DNA of 63,250 bases, filler included, from Licmophora abbreviata (lineage: Eukaryota), in NCBI GenBank assembly GCA_900291995.1. It is 21 parts of 21 records of this genome, joined end to end, with 100 filler letters (N's around TTAATTAATTAA, not from the genome) between each part and the next. Parts side by side here need not be neighbours in the genome. Positions count along the whole stretch, not along the records: positions 59,852 to 61,072 come from OLMU01005618.1; positions 61,173 to 63,250 come from OLMU01005620.1; 19 more parts are not named here. One strand, written 5' to 3'. Positions within the stretch are counted from its first letter, which is position 1, and every line of letters begins with the position of its first letter. Shown one piece after another: positions 60,049-63,250 of this stretch. The translations under genes were made by a program, and so were the position numbers. The notes under the pieces are model-generated. The model searched no databases. It worked only from the letters and a program-made list of their open reading frames with translations, and was not told the DNA's origin.

Positions 60049-60610
60049 ATGATGAGTGCTACTACCACTTCTCCGTCTACTCACCCCCGCCAGCGTGGTG
60101 ACTACCTCTCGGTGCCTGTCGATGCCGACGACGACGACGAACAGCTCAGTTCTCCATCACCCCGCCGCCGCCGCCGAAATCCGGACGAAGCTCCCCCCGC
60201 CTCGTGGATCTCCATTCTCATTCTAGTTGCTTTTGTACTTTGCTTTGTTTATCAAGGCATCCCCATCGTCTTCAATCTAGCCAAAGGCAAGGGATTCTCG
60301 CTCACTTCGGCACATACGTTTTGGAATCGAAATAAGAGTCACAACAAGCCTTTTGTTCGTCCTGATCGAAACATACTCACGGTGGTGCATATGGCGTTGT
60401 TCTAAGTCATAGGCGCAAGAAGAACAACGCCAAGAACAGAACAAAATCAAGAAAGAAACAGTGGTATCCAATCAGCAGCAGCAGCAGCAGCAAACACACA
60501 AAGATAATGTTGTTGTGTCTACCGTGAACGCAACCGAACCGCCCCGCCGTGAATTGCATCGCAGGAACTACCTGGAACGACAAGTCAAGTCACAAGCTTC
60601 GCGTTTTTGA
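60049..60610 (+). CDS. Type II membrane protein N-terminus with poly-Gln; exon structure unresolved, possibly degraded
   Basis: Acidic/basic N-terminus, TM WISILILVAFVLCFVY, downstream (CAG)n run in a different frame. Confidence 0.35.
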
Positions 60611-60940
60611 TCCCCTAGTTTTCAAAAATGCGAGTACTCATGGGAGGAGCCCATGTGGAAGTCACAAGCTGGGTTTTTGGTTACAACTTTCATTCTTAAA
60701 ACCGGTTGACTTGTCATTCAGAGCCAGATCATGCACCGTCGTCATCCTGTGCTGAGTTCGCGAGGAGAGGATGTTGTGCAGAGCAGCTTTGTCGAAACAG
60801 AACGCGCGACGACAATACGAGTATTGATGCCTTTTGGGAAAACGGGGCAAGTGGCGTGGCCTGTTGACTTTAGCAACGTGGAAGGCTCCAAGCGACACGA
60901 TCATTCTACTGGGAGCGAGAAGATAGCGAGACAGCAGAGT

Positions 60941-61072
60941 GATGTCATAGCCTAGATATTGCTGGATCGACGCGCAGATGTCAATTACGCAAGCGGAGAT
61001 GGCTGGACGGATCTCATGACTGCATTTGAGCATGGAAACGCGAGTGCGGTTCGACTCTTGTTGGATTGAAGC
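60941..61072 (+). pseudogene. Ankyrin-repeat relic with two nonsense codons
   Basis: DVIA*ILLDRRADVNYASGDGWTDLMTAFEHGNASAVRLLLD*. Confidence 0.7.
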
Positions 61073-61240
61073 NNNNNNNNNNNNNNNNNNNNNNNNNNNN
61101 NNNNNNNNNNNNNNNNTTAATTAATTAANNNNNNNNNNNNNNNNNNNNNNNNNNNNNNNNNNNNNNNNNNNNCTTGGACCTGTTCTGCGTTGATTTACAA
61201 AGTCTTCGGGCACTTCTTCAGGCGATCAAGGGAGACCGTG

Positions 61241-61720
61241 ATGATGCAGCAAGTTTTTAGACGAGTTTTGTTCTCTCTCGCTGCTGCAACACTAAGAACA
61301 CCGGCAGCCGCCATCACTGACGAGAAAGTTACTCCACACACGCCTCGCCACTTGCAGCAGCAGCAGCAGCAAGCCCGAGATGCTCTTTCTGGATTCTTGG
61401 ATACGCCGATCGATCAATGGACGGGTGAGCAGTGGCTGGTACTGCTCGTTCTTTTCATTGTCGTGTCGATGCTAGGTCGCTGCCTGTGTTCATGCTGCGG
61501 TCGGCGTCGGCGGTATTACGGCGGCGGAGGATACCGAGGGTCCTACTATGGTGGATCGTCGCCCTATTCCAATCACTATTCGAAAGGAGGCTGCTGTTCG
61601 TGTTCCGACATCTTTTGGTGTCTTTGTTGCTTTGAGTGGTGCTGTCGCGATTGTCAAGACGTCGATGCATGCTGTGATGCTGGCGCAGGAGCAGTCTATC
61701 AAGGTGGAGAAATGGCGTGA
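61241..61720 (+). CDS. Small type I membrane protein with a Gly/Tyr- and Cys-rich tail
   Basis: Signal peptide, RHL, TM WLVLLVLFIVVSMLG, tail CCSCSDIFWCLCCFEWCCRDC. Confidence 0.7.
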   Translation: MMQQVFRRVLFSLAAATLRTPAAAITDEKVTPHTPRHLQQQQQQARDALSGFLDTPIDQWTGEQWLVLLVLFIVVSMLGRCLCSCCGRRRRYYGGGGYRGSYYGGSSPYSNHYSKGGCCSCSDIFWCLCCFEWCCRDCQDVDACCDAGAGAVYQGGEMA

Positions 61721-62362
61721 GCAAAGAGAGACTTCTTCCATGATGGTTCGTATCTGTGATGCACCCAGCCTTGTTGCTTATTTGTGGTCCGCGGGATAGT
61801 CTTTTAGTAGAGAGTAGAACGCGAGAATGACAAAAAAACTGCTGCTGATGGAGTTCACCCGGAGCGCGAAGGCAGAGCCGCTTCTGTAGCCAACTGTGGG
61901 CACGGATTTGCTCGATAGAGTGAGTCCGTTTGATGTGAGCCGGATCGCTGTATTCCATGCCTTGCTCGATTCGGCCTCTGCATCAGGTGATTCGGCGGGT
62001 CCCGTTCTGCATGACTGCGGAAGGGTGCCAACGCGATCAGGCTTCTCTCCCTTTACGATCGCCTTTTGTCGTGGACAGTAGTTTGATTACCGCTCTGTAC
62101 TACATCATGAAGACAAAAAACGGGATCTCTTTCCAAGCAGTATCCCTGTCGCTTGTATCAGTGATGTCTACAGACTTCCATGCTGCTGTCCGCGGAGCGG
62201 CGATGGATCTAGCAGCAACTACAACTACGACACGGAAGGACCTCAACCTGAAGTTCTGGCCTCACACAAGTCCTTTCGGCAATATAGAAGTGACAATGCT
62301 TAGATACAACCCTCATTTCAATATTAATATAACTAACAATATCTTCTGATACATTTGCAGAC

Positions 62363-63250
62363 CTATGAAGAAATATCAAGTTCGAGGTAGGGGGGATAGG
62401 TTGAGACGATGATGCGGAGAAGCGCCTGACAGAACTCAGTCGTTTCTTTCGCTCTGAGTTCTCTCTTTTCGTTTGTTTCCAGTGACTCCAAACAGAGTTC
62501 TGCTACCCTCTCAAGGGCTGCGTGGCTTGAGTCGCCAAGGTCTTGCAATTGCACCAATGCCTCACGCAAACCGATTCCTTGCCACAGAGAGAGGTAAGTT
62601 GAGCCTTCTGTCGACAACAGAGCAGCGACGCATCTCACGGCCTGATATACCAGCTGGAGATGGTCCCTCCAGTCCTTCAAGAAGCGCACTAGCATCGGAT
62701 GAAGCTTGCCTTGAAATTTCATGGAAACATGTCCACCGAGATTATTCAACGTGTTCGCCAGAACAGTCATTGCGCAAAGGGAATCATACGTATCTTCCAT
62801 TGAGTCGCGAGCATCCAGTGCCTCACGGACAAGGTCCAATAGATAATGGGTCGCACGGCTCTCCGATACGATCGCCCTCGAGACTGATACAGTGTATTCC
62901 TCGTTGGTGCTCCCTGGATCAGTTGCACGCACCAGCGTTTCAAAGGCATCCCATGAAGTTGTACGCAGCTGGAGGTCACCAATTATCTTGCTAACCAGAT
63001 CAGCTGCACCACTGTCGTCTGCTTCCTCAGCTTGCTTCACAACTTTCGGGTACAAAGTAAAGACGACGCCTTCATGTAAATCCGTCTTAAACGACTCTCC
63101 TGCAGCAGCGCGTAAGATAGCATTGGCAGAGCGAAAGAAAGTGAAATCGTGAATGCCCTTCAGCTGGAGGACCACGTCAACGATAACCCCGTGCTCATAC
63201 TCATGCGCTCCTTGAAAGAGGCATATCCAGAATGAGGTGCCATCGATGCA
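62363..63250 (-). CDS. Hypothetical protein with a KA1-like N-region and a helical (ARM-like) C-region; runs off the window end
   Basis: Frame open to 63250 (FWICLFQG..GVIVDVVLQLKG..FF..ANAILRAAAG), followed by Leu-rich helices. Confidence 0.55.
   Translation of the reverse strand, partial: CIDGTSFWICLFQGAHEYEHGVIVDVVLQLKGIHDFTFFRSANAILRAAAGESFKTDLHEGVVFTLYPKVVKQAEEADDSGAADLVSKIIGDLQLRTTSWDAFETLVRATDPGSTNEEYTVSVSRAIVSESRATHYLLDLVREALDARDSMEDTYDSLCAMTVLANTLNNLGGHVSMKFQGKLHPMLVRFLKDWRDHLQLVYQAVRCVAALLSTEGSTYLSLWQGIGLREALVQLQDLGDSSHAALERVAELCLESLETNEKRELRAKETTEFCQALLRIIVSTYPPYLELDISS

Noticed and set aside
1400..61172. Twenty regularly recurring TTAATTAATTAA palindromes
   Set aside because: Always flanked by exactly 44 Ns each side: an artificial six-frame-stop linker, not a CRISPR or biological repeat. 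ORFs ending in X..LIN are artefacts.

Overview
Gene-dense eukaryotic nuclear DNA, most likely a pennate diatom. Evidence: Lhcx and Lhcz-type antenna genes, bipartite plastid presequences, and short GT-AG introns of about 80-150 nt. The window is 21 contigs joined by 20 artificial 100-nt spacers (N44-TTAATTAATTAA-N44). TOR, VWA8, an ankyrin gene and two other genes continue across spacers in the right order, so the contigs appear ordered, but true gap sizes are unknown. Housekeeping genes: TOR, TFIIF-beta, VWA8, NOP58, lipin, Trf4/PAPD5, Sen54, VMA21, YchF, COA5, a CobW GTPase, an S10 carboxypeptidase and a SNF2 helicase. A spliced DUF4050-type gene is missed by the ORF track. Most unusual features: (i) an LRR-coiled-coil-hydrophobic helix-ankyrin gene and a nearby 31-aa ankyrin-repeat gene, both with highly similar repeats that vary at predicted binding positions (possible immune-type receptors); (ii) a ~0.5-kb inverted mosaic at 47.2-47.8 kb stitched, in order, from three separate pieces of the 12.8-23.05 kb region with microhomology junctions; (iii) a ~207-nt fold-back at 59.35-59.56 kb; (iv) a possible transposase-derived HTH gene; (v) a RING-less, multi-SIM Rad5-family translocase. 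All family assignments are from motif recognition; no searches were run.
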